Notes under the pieces: generated by a model
Seen by the model: the letters and a program-made list of their open reading frames with translations, nothing else
What the model was told of the DNA's origin: nothing
Databases searched by the model: none
Part shown: one piece after another, positions 12,461-25,270 of the stretch
Layout: each line of letters starts with the position of its first letter
Position numbering within the stretch: the first letter of the stretch is position 1
NCBI RefSeq assembly: GCF_009834535.1
Contig: NC_045696.1
Coordinates: 30,940,001-31,004,000 of the forward strand
Direction: 5' to 3'
DNA: 64,000 nucleotides
DNA from: Camelus ferus
Lineage: Eukaryota
Position numbers and translations under genes: made by a program

Positions 12461-13864
12461 GATCCATGGGATTTAAAGTAGGAAGTCTGTAGATAATTGT
12501 AAAAGATTTTAGATGAAAGGAAAACTTATTGAATCTAATTAGTATGGAAGAAATAATTTACCCAAGAAATATAGCAGAAGCTAGGGAGCTTCATGTCCCC
12601 ATTTGAGACTGAGTATGATAAATATGTATTTGCTGCTTGGGTTAATCAACTGATTTGGTGAGTTTTGACTAAATGAATAATACTTTGATCAAGCTGATTG
12701 ATTAAAAAATGCAAAGGCTATTTTACTCTGAAAATTATCTGAGCATATGACATAAATATATATTAATTTCAAAAAAATGGAACATTTTTTATAGAAGGTA
12801 CATCTCCAAAACAGATGAAAAACAGAGGAAACAGACATTGATACAGATACTGAAACACTCTGTTCATACTATATTTTTGGGCAAGTGACAACTTTTCTGA
12901 AAACTCTAAACCCATGCACAAAGTTTTATCAAAGATGAGAATATCTTCTATTAAGCATTCTGATAGTTTGTTACCAAATCCTATTAAAATGTTTGCTTTA
13001 GTAGTATATAAAGAATTTGTATAATTTCAGGTCATAGTGTATCCCGATTTTCTGTCATCTATTGAATATTTATGCATTTATAAATTACTAGGCATAATAT
13101 TTCATTAAGATCTTTGGCCTTTGGATTGATGGTTTGTACTCTTTCAAAATTTTAGAAATAATTTTTAGATTCCATCTATATTTTGGAAATGATCACTTAT
13201 GTTTCTAGATGTGGTCTATGAGAGTCCATGGACACATTGTGTAGACAGGGTATTTGCCTCTTGTCATATCTCTCCAGCCATTTTTAGGTGCATTTAGTTT
13301 ATCTATGAGCTTATTATTATTTCACTCTATAGAAAGCATAATTGTTAAAGTATTGTTTGCCTGTTTCCATAAATCGGTGATTGTTTTAAAAAATCAGAAA
13401 AAGATATGGTCTGGTAAAAAATGCAGGTGACCATCTAACATTTAGTAAAATGAGTCTGCATAATTTTCTAAAAGCCCTCTGTACCGTGTACCTTTCTATA
13501 ACAATTATTTGATTAAAGAAGGTGACATTTTAAGCTCCTTTTCATCATTCTATGCACATTATAGCAAAGGTCTGTAAGTAAGATCAAAGGTGATCTTCAA
13601 TGTAGGAAACAACTTTGTCATGCTAGGAAGCTTATTTGTAGTTGTCATGAAATGCCAATAGTGGCTTAGAATTAGAACACTATTTGAACTCAGCAATTTT
13701 TAAGAAAGGAATATTAAATTTGTCCTACTCAAGAAATTGCCCTTTAGCCAAAAGCCACATCTAAGTTGAAAATCAGGAAAACATTATATTTTTTTGCAAA
13801 ATATTTTCATGCTATATTTCAAGGCAGGCATTATCACATTACAAAATATTAATTGATTACATAC

Positions 13865-13885
13865 ATTGAGAGGATGGTGCTTTAC
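13865..13885 (-). other. Candidate 21-nt micro-exon / AG|GT recursive-type site
   Basis: About 30-nt polypyrimidine tract, then ctag|GTAAAGCACCATCCTCTCAAT|gtatgt; length divisible by 3. Confidence 0.3.
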
Positions 13886-15774
13886 CTAGCGTTGGAGAGA
13901 CAGAGACAGAAAGAGAGAGAAAGGCTTCTTTGGCATAACCGTGTAACTTCTTGAATACTTGAATATTTCCCAAGTTATTCCTGGACATTGATTACACATG
14001 CTGATCATCTGTACCAAGATGAAATAATGATGCTGACATTATTTTCTAAGTGGTAAAGGAAACCATAACAAATGGAAGATAATGTGGTGCTACAGAAAGC
14101 AATTTCTCTACCATCTTATTTAAAACATTTTCTAGAAGCATGGTTACAATCCATGAAAATAACCCATAATGATGTTTCTGTGGAAGCACATGCTTATTAA
14201 AAACACTAATCCAGTTTTTCTCCCATCCTTGGGGCATTCTGCATATTTGCCTGGCTATTATATTTAATTATGAGACTATAGTTTCCTAACTTAATTACTT
14301 TGAAATATAATTTAGAAACATCAAAAGTCCAGTCCAAACATGAAAAATGCATTTGTACTTCTAAATTTTGGGTTTTGTATTTGAATTAAAGTCAGTAATA
14401 TAATTAACTAAATTATATTTACATGTTTCAAGCTTTGGTAAGATTATCTTGTTTGATTTTCTTGTGTGAAACATAAAAATGACTTAAAGAAGGATGCCAT
14501 TTGGTTAATCTATACGAAACCATGGGATGACCACTGAAAAATATTGTAAATAAAGAGTACCCTTTCAAAGCAATATCTTTGGATCTCAAATGTTATAATT
14601 TCACTTAGCACAATGAAGCCTTAAGAAAAAATGTTTTAAAAATAAAAATTGCTTTGTATCATTAACTATAATATCAAATTAAAAATTCTGAAAAATGTGC
14701 ACAGAGATTAATGTTTATCCATTTCTAAGCAGGTATACTCTAAAATACTTACAATTTCTAAACTATTTTAAAAGCATGACTTTAAATACTGTGCAAATCA
14801 TAATTACATTAATGTATACACAATATTTGAATTAATGGATTAAAAACTGTATCATTATTGATTACTTCAATGATCCCTGAAAACACTTCATTCAATTCTT
14901 CAAAGCGATTTCTGAAATTTGCATTTGCAGAGAATAATGAAAGATTGATACTGAGTTTTTAGTTAGTTGAAACAGTAAACCTAGGTATAATAGTTTATCT
15001 TAAATATGAATTAAGTTAAGGTTAAAAAAATAAGATACAGGTGAGAAAATACTGATTTTTTTAAATAGACTTCTTAGCCAGAGTGAAAGAAATCTAGAAA
15101 AAAAGGAGAATATTACAAATTGATCATATTAAAAATAACCAATGTCTCACTCTGTCTTAAACTTCTATATTTACTATTTTTATAAACTTTAATATAGGAT
15201 TTTACTGCCATATTTATATCACTGACACTGAAATATAATTTCCCCTGAAGTGGTCAAATATGGAAGAAGACACATTGAAATATGATTTAGCATTAGAAGG
15301 TTTGATCAGTTCCCTTAGCGTCGTCTTGTGTCTGGTTGTTGCATGCAATTAAAAAAGTATGTTGCATCTGTTATTGAAAGATAAAAGCAATATTTCTGGG
15401 TGAAACCATGTTTAATTTATCATATACACAAGGGTCTCTTTTAGTCTGGCTTATTGCCTAAAATGCTGCAGGTTAACTGTTTTAATTTTGCAATTTACAA
15501 AGAAATAAAAACAAATGACTTTGTATTGAGTGACTTTTATGATGGAAAGAACAAGAGAACCAGCATATTTTTGGAACTGTTTTGTATATGTATGTGTGGT
15601 ACTTAAAATATTTTGTTTGTTTTCATATATCAGAGACCATTTCATCAAACAGTCCACTTATTTTTCTCAACATTTTGGACTCACAGCTTTTAAAACATAA
15701 ATTTCAAGATGTTGGTGACTGGATTACGAACTGAACCAAAGAAAACAAGAAAAACAAGTGGGTAAAATTTAACT

Positions 15775-16067
15775 TCTTTATTCAGTCATCTGTTGGAAGC
15801 ATTTACATTGCTTCCAAGTTTTGGCTATTGTAAATAGCACTGCTGTGAACATTGGGGTGCATGTATCTTTTCAAATTAGAGTTCCCTCCAGATATATGAC
15901 CAGGATTGAGATTGCTGGATCATATGCTAAGTTTATTTTTAGTTTTTTAAGGAATCTCCGTACTGTTTTCCATAATGGTTGCACCAAACTACATTAGCAC
16001 CAAACTACATTCTCACCAACAATGTGGGAGTTTTCCCTTTTCTCTACACCCTCTTTAGCATTTGTCA
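15775..16067 (-). mobile_element. Younger L1 fragment (ORF2 3' end region)
   Basis: 'ttggctattgtaaatagcactgctgtgaacattggggtgcatgtatcttttcaaattag...gctggatcatatg'; internal 16-bp duplication at 15981-16012. Confidence 0.9.
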
Positions 16068-16269
16068 TAAAACATCTTTGTTTTCTTTCCAAGACCCCAC
16101 TGCTCACCTATTTCTCCAACACCAACTACTATCATAAATTAGTCAAGTACTAGGGCATATTCTTAAAATTTATATATGCACACAAACACACACACACACA
16201 TACACACACTTATATGTGTACTCAAGCACTCATATATACACATTTATGCACCCAAACAGACTCACACAT

Positions 16270-16410
16270 TTTAAAGATGAGGAAACTTGAAAATTTAGGT
16301 GCAGAATGTTCAAAAATACTTCCTTAAGATCATAGAATTAGTAACTTACAGTCTCAAGATCTAAATATAGACAGTCTCACTCTGGAATTTATATACTTAA
16401 TCAGTATTCG
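16270..16410 (-). mobile_element. MIR fragment
   Basis: 'cattttaaagatgaggaaact...aagatcatagaattagtaa'. Confidence 0.6.
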
Positions 16411-16439
16411 ATGTTCAGTACATACCTGATACTGATTCT

Positions 16440-17800
16440 CATGCATCTCTCTAATCTCTCATGCATCTCTCTAGAAATTGCTAGATGTATGTCATACACC
16501 ATGTATTTTTTTAAAATGCCAAATATCTTTACTAAGTGATTGCACTAACAAATATTATCAGTAGTAATAGTATACAAATTTCTATTTTCCTATCACATCA
16601 CCAGCCCTTGAATATATTTTTATATTTTAACCATCCTGATGCATGTGCAATGATATTTAAGTTTTATTTAATTGAATTTTCTATGAAAATTGGAAGTTGA
16701 TACCTTCTAACATTTTCAATTTCCTATTCTCCGAATTTTATATAAATGATTTTTGATTATTCTTCACTTCATATTTTTAGCTAATTTATAGAAATTTATT
16801 TTTATATATTATAGATGCTATTGTCTTATTATAATGCTGAAAATATCTCCATCCACTTTGTATATTTTCTTTGAATATAATTTATATTTGTGTCATTTGT
16901 ATGTTCTATGCTCTAATGTAATAAGATTACTATATTGTTTTATGAGTTCTGAAGGTTTTTATTGTCTAAAAATATTATGTACTTCAAATTATTTTTCAAC
17001 TTCCAATTTAATTATTGGTCTCTCATTCATTAGCAATTTATTCTATTGTAAGTTGTAAATAATCTATTTGTCTAACCCAACCTACATATCAAATGCCTAC
17101 ATACAATTAGGTCCTAGAATAGATAGATCAATGAAACAGAATAAATATAGTCTACAATTTGACTTAAACATACATGATGATTGTGAAATGCAGAGGAATA
17201 AAGAATATTAATTATATTATTTGTTGATGTTCAAAGAATTCCCCATCCATAATTAATTTTTAAATATCAAAGATTTTCTCATCCTGTATTAATTTTTTAA
17301 TTTATATTACCATGTACTGATTTTGAATTTTACTGACTGTTTTCTACATCTATTAAAATAGTCATGTTTCTTCTTAAATAAGTCAATGTACGTAAATAAA
17401 TTGAGTTTTCAAAACTGAGCTATCTTGCTTACTTGGAATAAGTTCTTCTTGGTTATAACGGTTTAAAAATTTTAGCATGTAAGTAAATTAATTTTTAATA
17501 CTGATTTCAGAATTTCTTTCTATATTTTTAAGGAAAATTAGCTTATATCTTTATGTTTCTTATAATGTACTGTTCAATGTTACTCTTAATATTTTAAAAG
17601 CCTTATGAACTGAGTTGAATAGTTTTGCTCTTTTTCCACTCTGTATCTAGCACTCTTCTATATGCTTAGAGATATATTATATTTTTATGACTTTATGTTA
17701 TTTTAATTCTTATACTGTAATTAGTATGTATTCTTTCTGTCTCTCAATCAATATTATTACGACTTTACTTGGTAAATCTTTATAAGAATAAGCATTTAGC
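16440..17800 (-). mobile_element. Old L1 remnants (L1ME-like)
   Basis: T-rich degenerate L1 ('ttttaaccatcctgatgcatgtgcaatgatat', 'ttttctacatctattaaaatagtcatg'). Confidence 0.5.
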
Positions 17801-19299
17801 TTTCACATTAAGATGGAGACATTTCCCCTGCCTCCAAAAAAATTCCATTATTTTTTAGGAAAGCAATATAGAAATAAAGATAGGTAAGTAAGTAGGTACG
17901 TAGGTAGATAGATAGATAACAGAATGTAAGCATGTAGTAAATTAATCAGGAGCAGTTCAGAAAAATGACCTCTGGAAATGATTAAATCTAGGGTAAATTA
18001 ACAACATAGAATAGATGCTTAATGCTATGAAATTCTAATGACATAAAAAACAGTACATTAAGACAGAAGAGCGAACCTTTCAAAAAGATTTGGAGAAACT
18101 AGTTTTTTAAAACAAAGCAGAAAAAGAGTGGTTGGTAAAAATGAGAAAAGAATATTCTTTTCTAAATATTTCATGAGTCTTGAGTAGTATGAAGTAGTGT
18201 TTTCCAAATTCTGTTAACAACAGAAAGCTTTTAACATTATAACAGGTTGGTGAAATACTGACAGTTGAGCACACTTAGATTAAAATATAAAAGGATTCTA
18301 TTCTTACAAAATTGCTGTAAGGATAAAGTCAACATTTTATTAAAATACATGTATATAATCTTTCATCATCTTTGGCTTCATGTTTTACTTATACAAGGTG
18401 GAGAATGATTGGTTTAAAAATTTACTTGTCCTTTTTTTTAAATATTATGTAATTCATCATGTATGACCATGTCTCAAATTAAACCCAACAAAAGGAAGAA
18501 ACAGTCACAAAGCTCTTTCATGCTAAAATAAAACTGTTACTGCATCCCAGTCATCACAGCAAGTCCTAAGAGCTCGTGAGGAAAGTTTATGATATAAATC
18601 TGCTCAGAGACCTTGTCTTCTACATCAAAACATAAGGATTTAAAACTCTACTCTTAAATTTTAAATTGTGCTTTAGAGACACTTTACAAAGCACTAAGGT
18701 AAATCCCTTCTAAAGGAACTTGATAACTAGTAGGGATATTTTTAAATAGCTGTAGTGAATTGAAAGAAGTAACACAAATTCTGTTGTGTCAGTATTGCAA
18801 CTACTTGGATTGGAGGAGAAATTCTTTGGTATTTTTCAAAGAATATAAGTTGGAGATTTAATCTGTCACAGCTATTATAATTGAATTATTAGACCTCTTC
18901 ATGATTAGAATCACATCTCAATATTAGTAATATTTATCATTTTATTTTATATTTCATGATAAGTATGTAACATACAAACACTTTTAAGAACAGAATTTTA
19001 AGGTCATTTAAAATTACATATCTGATGAATATTAACAATGTTTTACTGCAGTAACATCTCTCCATATAGTAATTTTCTAAAAGTTAAATATGAAATACTT
19101 TTTCTGCACAGGTATATAGATTTTAAAGTATTTGATATTTAAATGTAATTTCAATAGTCTAGCTCCCTGCTCAGTGAAGGCCACCTCTGTCAACCTAGAT
19201 GTTCCTGGGTCCTCACCTCAGACACCTTAAATTTGGTGAGTAATGGAAGCAGCCTGAAAAGGCAAGCATGGAACATGTAATGCTGTTCGGTAGACAAGC

Positions 19300-19608
19300 T
19301 GCCCACCCAATATTGGGTGTGGCAATGTTAACTGATTTTTCTTAAGGACCATTTGCAGAAAAGGCACCCGGTCTTACACTACTTAAAAGGGACACTGATG
19401 GGATAAATTTTAAAATAATTAACAAATATTGACAAGACAATGGCCAATCAGAATGGAAACAACCGTGCCAATATTTACCCAATAAATATCAGCCCTGAGA
19501 TCGTGCTTAGAGGGGCTGTTTCCCAGTGCTCAAACGTTCCATTGGCAAATAGCTTTGTGGGTAGAGAAAAGAAACAGAAAAATATATGTCCTCACTTCAC
19601 TGGTAAGA
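19300..19608. promoter_or_regulatory. Motif cluster: palindromic CArG box, CCAAT boxes, plus-strand splice donor
   Basis: Perfect palindrome CACCCAATATTGGGTG (19304-19319) containing CC(A/T)6GG; CCAAT at 19444, 19468 and 19479; ATTGG at 19541; donor CTG|gtaaga at 19603. Confidence 0.4.
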
Positions 19609-22600
19609 CCTAGCCTGGGGCAGGGCATGAGCTTTGAATTGTACTTTTGTTTGAAGTTTTCATTAGTTTTGACTGAAATTTTAAACAGAAACCACCCTTT
19701 TAGTTGAGAATAACTGACAAAACATGGGATCGTCTCATGTTGTCACTGGTGGAAGAGATTATGAATACTCAGTGGAGCATGTGTAAAATATGTGAAGAGA
19801 AAAAAAATCTGTCTAGTTTGTATGCTTGTGTCCATATTATTCAATAAATTATTTTTTTCACATGTGGAGAAACAAGTTGTTCATTTAACTGCACATATGG
19901 AGAATATCCTGTTCATTCTGACTATGAATGCTTTTCCTGTTGTGTGTGATGTAAATAGCTTCTCTCAGTCTGTGTCTTGTCTTTTAATTTTGTTTAAAAT
20001 TCCAGTCCTTGTATATAAATGTTTAATATTATCTAATTATATTTATTAAAACTTTCCATCCCAAAATGTAGGCAGTGCCTGTCACTGATAGGGCCTTGAG
20101 CAGCATAGTCCAATTTCCCACCAATTCCAAGGCTTTTCTCAGTCTTGTTTGTCTTAATCAGAAACTTCATCAACAATTCCGTCTCTTTCAGACAATGGAA
20201 ATTTGACAATATTTTTAAGCCCATCTTTTATATTTGTAGAAAAAATAACCCAAGAAAGTAAAAAAGACTGATAAACATATGCTTCTGTTCTGACAATTGT
20301 AGAAATCAGAGGCTGAAATCATTTTATACCTCCTCTCACATAACCTTCCAAAATGAAGATGCAAAAAGAAAGAGAATTTGGGGGAAAAAAAGAGAGAGAA
20401 TTGAAGTGAGGCTGGAAGAGAAAGTCATTCAGAAAAGTTGAGATACTCCTAAAATACTGATGATTTTCAAGAATAATTTAAGTTTGAAAACTATGAAATT
20501 AAAATGATTACAAAAATATCTGGAAATTTACCATCATTCTGAGAAAGTTATTTAGAGAATTCAAAGCTATATTGTTCTCTCTGAACACAGTGACTAAATA
20601 CTTCAAAATAAAGTTTAAAAAATGTGTACATCTTTAGAAGAATATTAAGAAAAGAGAATAAAATAGTTGAATCCCTTTGTATGTCTAATTGAAATTTAAT
20701 ATTTTATTTGATATACTTTCCTAAACATATATCATTCCATAATGTTATAATAAGGTTTACACACACCCATACACATTCATTTATGTATTATTTTACTTCA
20801 AAACCCCTATTAAAATCAAGTAATATGACCCTGAGTCAATTAAATATTCATTATTGTCATCTGAATTATTGTAATGTTTATTCCCAAAGGATATAGTACC
20901 AATAGGGCAGTATTTATAAATTCTAGAGTTTTAAGTATATATTTTAACACTGTTATCCTTTAAAATACCTTTTTTTCCCTTAGTATGCTGAATTAAGTGG
21001 TGTCTGTGATGACTTACAAATTTGGAGCATTTTGTATTAATTTACAAAATAAAAAGGAATTTTTTAAATCTATAAAATAGAAACTTTAATTGCATTGTAA
21101 AAGCTAGAATTTATCATCACATTTAATTGAGTCATCTGATAATTACTATCTATGATTAATTATTTTTATTTTTTGAAGGAATTTCAGACAAGATGTCAAA
21201 GATATGTATGAAAGTACTATATAATTGAAGTCTCTACTATTTTCATTAAAAGTAACACTTCAGTTTCAGTACTCAGTACATGTTTAAGCTTCACTGGAGT
21301 TTAATAAACTATGCACAAACCCAGAATAAAAGAAAATGTAACTTTTAGAAGGCTGTCAATTTACCTCTTATTCTTTCCAATTTCTTTTTCCTGTCTTTCC
21401 TCCATCATCATCTTGCTCACTCATCTGATTTAATTTATTTAAGTCTACTGCAGTGGAAAGCACACATAGAATCATAGAAAAATAATGAAAATAAAATGTC
21501 AATCTGACAATTTAATTAAATTAATACAGACAATCAAATGAATTAATTGAAATCAGTAAAAAGATCTAATGGCAAGAACAATTCCTATGGTTACAATGGT
21601 TAAACTTTATTATTAAAGTAGTTTGTGACACTTACATTAATCAAATATAATTCTATAATAATCATTAGGTAGCATAATCTTAGCATAGTATGGCATTTCA
21701 AAGTTCTACACCCCACTGACAATGTTAAAACTAGATTGAAAGTACAAGGTAATATCATACTTTTCTCATTAGAGTTTAGATTTCAGAAATTTTAGGGCTT
21801 AAAAATTGGAAAATTACTGATTTCATACTGATACGAATATAAATATACAAATATTTATAAATATTTATATTTATAAATGTATATATATAGCAATATATAC
21901 AGCTGCTTTATTTTAACATTCCAGGAATAAAATATTTAATGAATATAGTGACAAAGAAGGGATAATTTGGGAAATGATAACTTATTAAATTAAGCACCAC
22001 AATTCAAAGAGATGAATGAATCACGTGTATAAAAAGGACAAAAAGCATTAGTTAGTCAAGAAAATCCTACAATACTGATGTGTATTAGCAAAGCCACAAA
22101 ACAGGATTGGCTTCTCCATCTGTCCTATCCTTTAGTTTCCCCAGTGGACAAGACATGTTGTAAATCCTCCCCTACCATCCCTTGGATCCCTAGAGACAAT
22201 GGTTATAATGGCCCTGGAGCAACTAAACCAATGAAAAGTCACTATTAATAGAAAAACAAAATTCCTATTAAATCTGCAAACAGCTACTGTGAAATGCCTT
22301 AAGAATTCACAATTACTCAATCACTTATGCTAGAGAAAACACTGATCTCTTCTGTAAGTTTACTGGATCACTAAAATTTGAAGATTTAATTAACATTCTT
22401 ATTTGAATACTTAACTTGAAAAGCATTACTTAGTCGTGGAATTCAAGTTACAATAAATAGAGTTTCTATAAATAGACTAGTTCTTTGAATTTCATAATAA
22501 GATATTTATATAATAAGCTTATATAAAGTTTATATAAAATGATAGAAAAAACAGAATGGTCTAAAATCACTTGTCTTTTTAGCTTGAAAATTAAGTTATA

Positions 22601-23214
22601 TTTGTGAAAGTGTATCTAAAAAACAACTAAAGCAAATTGTCTAAAATTAGCCATATCAGACTAACAAATAATAAAAACTCATGATTAATCTTTATTTTTG
22701 AAGTTTTATTAGAAATAATCAATGAACTACAGTATCTCAATATTTAGCTATCAGTTTGTTAAAAAATTTTTAAAATACTTTTCCTATATTGCAGATTTTA
22801 ATCACATAAATTCTTTTTTCAAAACTTGATAATTTAACTACAGTCTTTCACCATGGTCATTCTTAAAATGGGTCTGCCAGTGATTTTCAAATAGCAATAT
22901 GAATACGGCTATTTGAAAGTTCTGTATTATCTAAAGCATAAAAGAATAAATGTAACTTTTGTCAATACCATTCAGTTTCAGATAAAGTTAACAATAATGT
23001 CCTATTTCTTTCATCAAAGATAACCAGACATCCAAAGTGCCATTCTCATTTTAATAGGAAACTATTCCTTTTCTCTTTTTGTTCTCTCTTACTTTTTTTA
23101 AACTTGGTAAATTAATGACTGACCCACATAGAGATGATTTGTAATTAAATTAAATTCCAAACAATAGAGTATAAAATACATTTAATCCAAAACAATAAAC
23201 AAGTATATGATTAA

Positions 23215-23392
23215 TTGCTTGCAAGATGTCTGGCTTTAATGTGTGGAAATGAAGATGATGCAGCAGTTCAATGCCTTCGGAACAATTCAGCATCCAACTG
23301 GTATGAAAGCTCATTATTTGCTGTATACTAAGCCAGTCTTTTTGAAAGCATTTGCAAGATCTCTTGTGGATATGTCACAATAGTCCCTTTTC
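23215..23392 (-). other. Candidate terminal exon (…KRDYCDISTRDLANAFKKTGLVYSK*)
   Basis: Acceptor ttgattag|G at 23392; 25 open codons then tandem stops TAATGA (23316-23311); ATTAAA at 23240-23235; GT-rich downstream element at about 23203-23187. Confidence 0.3.
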
Positions 23393-24699
23393 CTAATCAA
23401 GATTATAATATTTCATCTTATTTTTAGTGTAATTAGAGAATAATTCCACAAAACATTAATAACCCTAATTATATATGAAGGTGATTGTGAAGTAATGCAA
23501 AGATGCAACTGACAATTAAGAAATTCCATTAGGCAGTCTTTATACTGAGAGGTATTGGCCATAAAGGAAAGAAAAAACTAACAAACTTCACTTTTCTCCC
23601 ATTCATGATTATACATCTGAAAGCAGATTTTCTCTTTTCCTTAGTCTAAAAGTGAATCCTTCTCAAGCTGTAACCTGACCTTTTCCAGATGACATATGTG
23701 CACATTTTCAAATAATATCTGTTTGCATATGGACACCTCCCCAAATTCCTTCTCATTAAACCACAATAGCCTGATCTTAGATTCAGAGAAGACTGTAAAT
23801 GGAGTAGAAAACGATGTTATTTTCACAAGTGCAAAAAGCAATGACTAGCACAGCTTTCAGACAGAATATGCATTTCCTATTAGGCAGTAAGAGTATTATT
23901 GTTCATACACAGCCCGTTTGGTTCATTTTTGTTTGTTTTTCCTAATCTTTGTCTCATAATGGTGCTCTGGTTTTTCTAATTGGTCACTAGAAATGTGGTG
24001 GTAGGCAATATTCATATACGCCAAATATTGTCAGATCATATAAGCCAAAGAGATTAGGGGTAAAATTCTTATTTACAGAGTATTGTATGCTTTATTTATT
24101 GATTTAAACTGTCATTGTTTTTGCGAGTATCTATCACTGCAAAGCTGATATGAGTTGATACTGATAAATTTTGTCATATCGGAAATAATTAGAAAATAAT
24201 TTTACTTTATATAAGACAGATTTGTAGTCATGATTTTCATCTTTTATAGCTCAATAGTACAATATAAACTATTGGTTATTGTTACCATCAGTGTGTATCT
24301 GAAATCATTAGAATTTTCAATTATATAAAACTAATATTCACTTTAATATTTAACAACCTGCTGTAGAAAATACATCAAGTTTGCAACTTTGTATAATCAC
24401 AAAAGGTAAATTCATTTTACCTTTAAAATGAGAGATTAAATGAAATTAGTTATATAATTCTTAAAAAGAAAACACCTACTTTGAATATCATTTTGCTTTT
24501 ATCTATAACATTTTTAAACTTAAAACATTTTAATCATCAGATATAAATTAAAAAAAATCAAAGAAAAATTATTGAGATATCTGGATATTTGAAAATATAA
24601 AATTCCATTCAGACCAAATGATGGTTTTACATAATATTTATGGTGCTTCAAGTTTGAATTAAATATTTGTAAGGCTTTTGCCTAATATAGAACTATAAA

Positions 24700-25270
24700 C
24701 ATTATTATTCTCTACCACCAAAAACACATGTAATATAAAACTCTATATTGTGAAAACAAAACCTGAATTACCACATAAGATTTAAATTTCCTAAATAAAC
24801 TTAGTAGATAAGCTTCTTAGTGAACAACCGCAGTTCTATATGCTTATCTGTGCAAATAAGTAATATATCAAAATACATTCAATACATAATATTTGTAATG
24901 GTAAAAAATGAGAAATTGTTCATATGTTTTAGTATGATATACTGGTACCATGATGTATTATGCATCAGGTTAAATAATGGTGAATATCTATAATACTAAC
25001 AGTAGAAATACTGTTAAAATGATGCAAAAAGTATGTAGAGAATAAATGCATTTGTATCAACTAAAAATACTTTGGCACACGCACATAAATGTATATAAAT
25101 AACATGAAACCATTTTAACTAAACTCAATGATGGTAGCTTCTAGAAGAAAAAATAATTGGTTTTAATATAGAATAAAGAACTCTAAAAGGACTATTTTGT
25201 AATATACTAATAATTTTGTAAAGTTTCTTTTGTTTTCAGTAGGTATGTATTTACAGGGTACTTGTGTACA
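24700..25270 (+). mobile_element. Old L1 3' end remnant (L1ME-like)
   Basis: 'aacaaccgcagttctatatgcttatc', 'atttgtaatggtaaaaaatgagaaa'. Confidence 0.45.

Noticed and set aside
21849..21866. 18-bp perfect AT palindrome
   Set aside because: Low-complexity A/T sequence, expected by chance at this composition.
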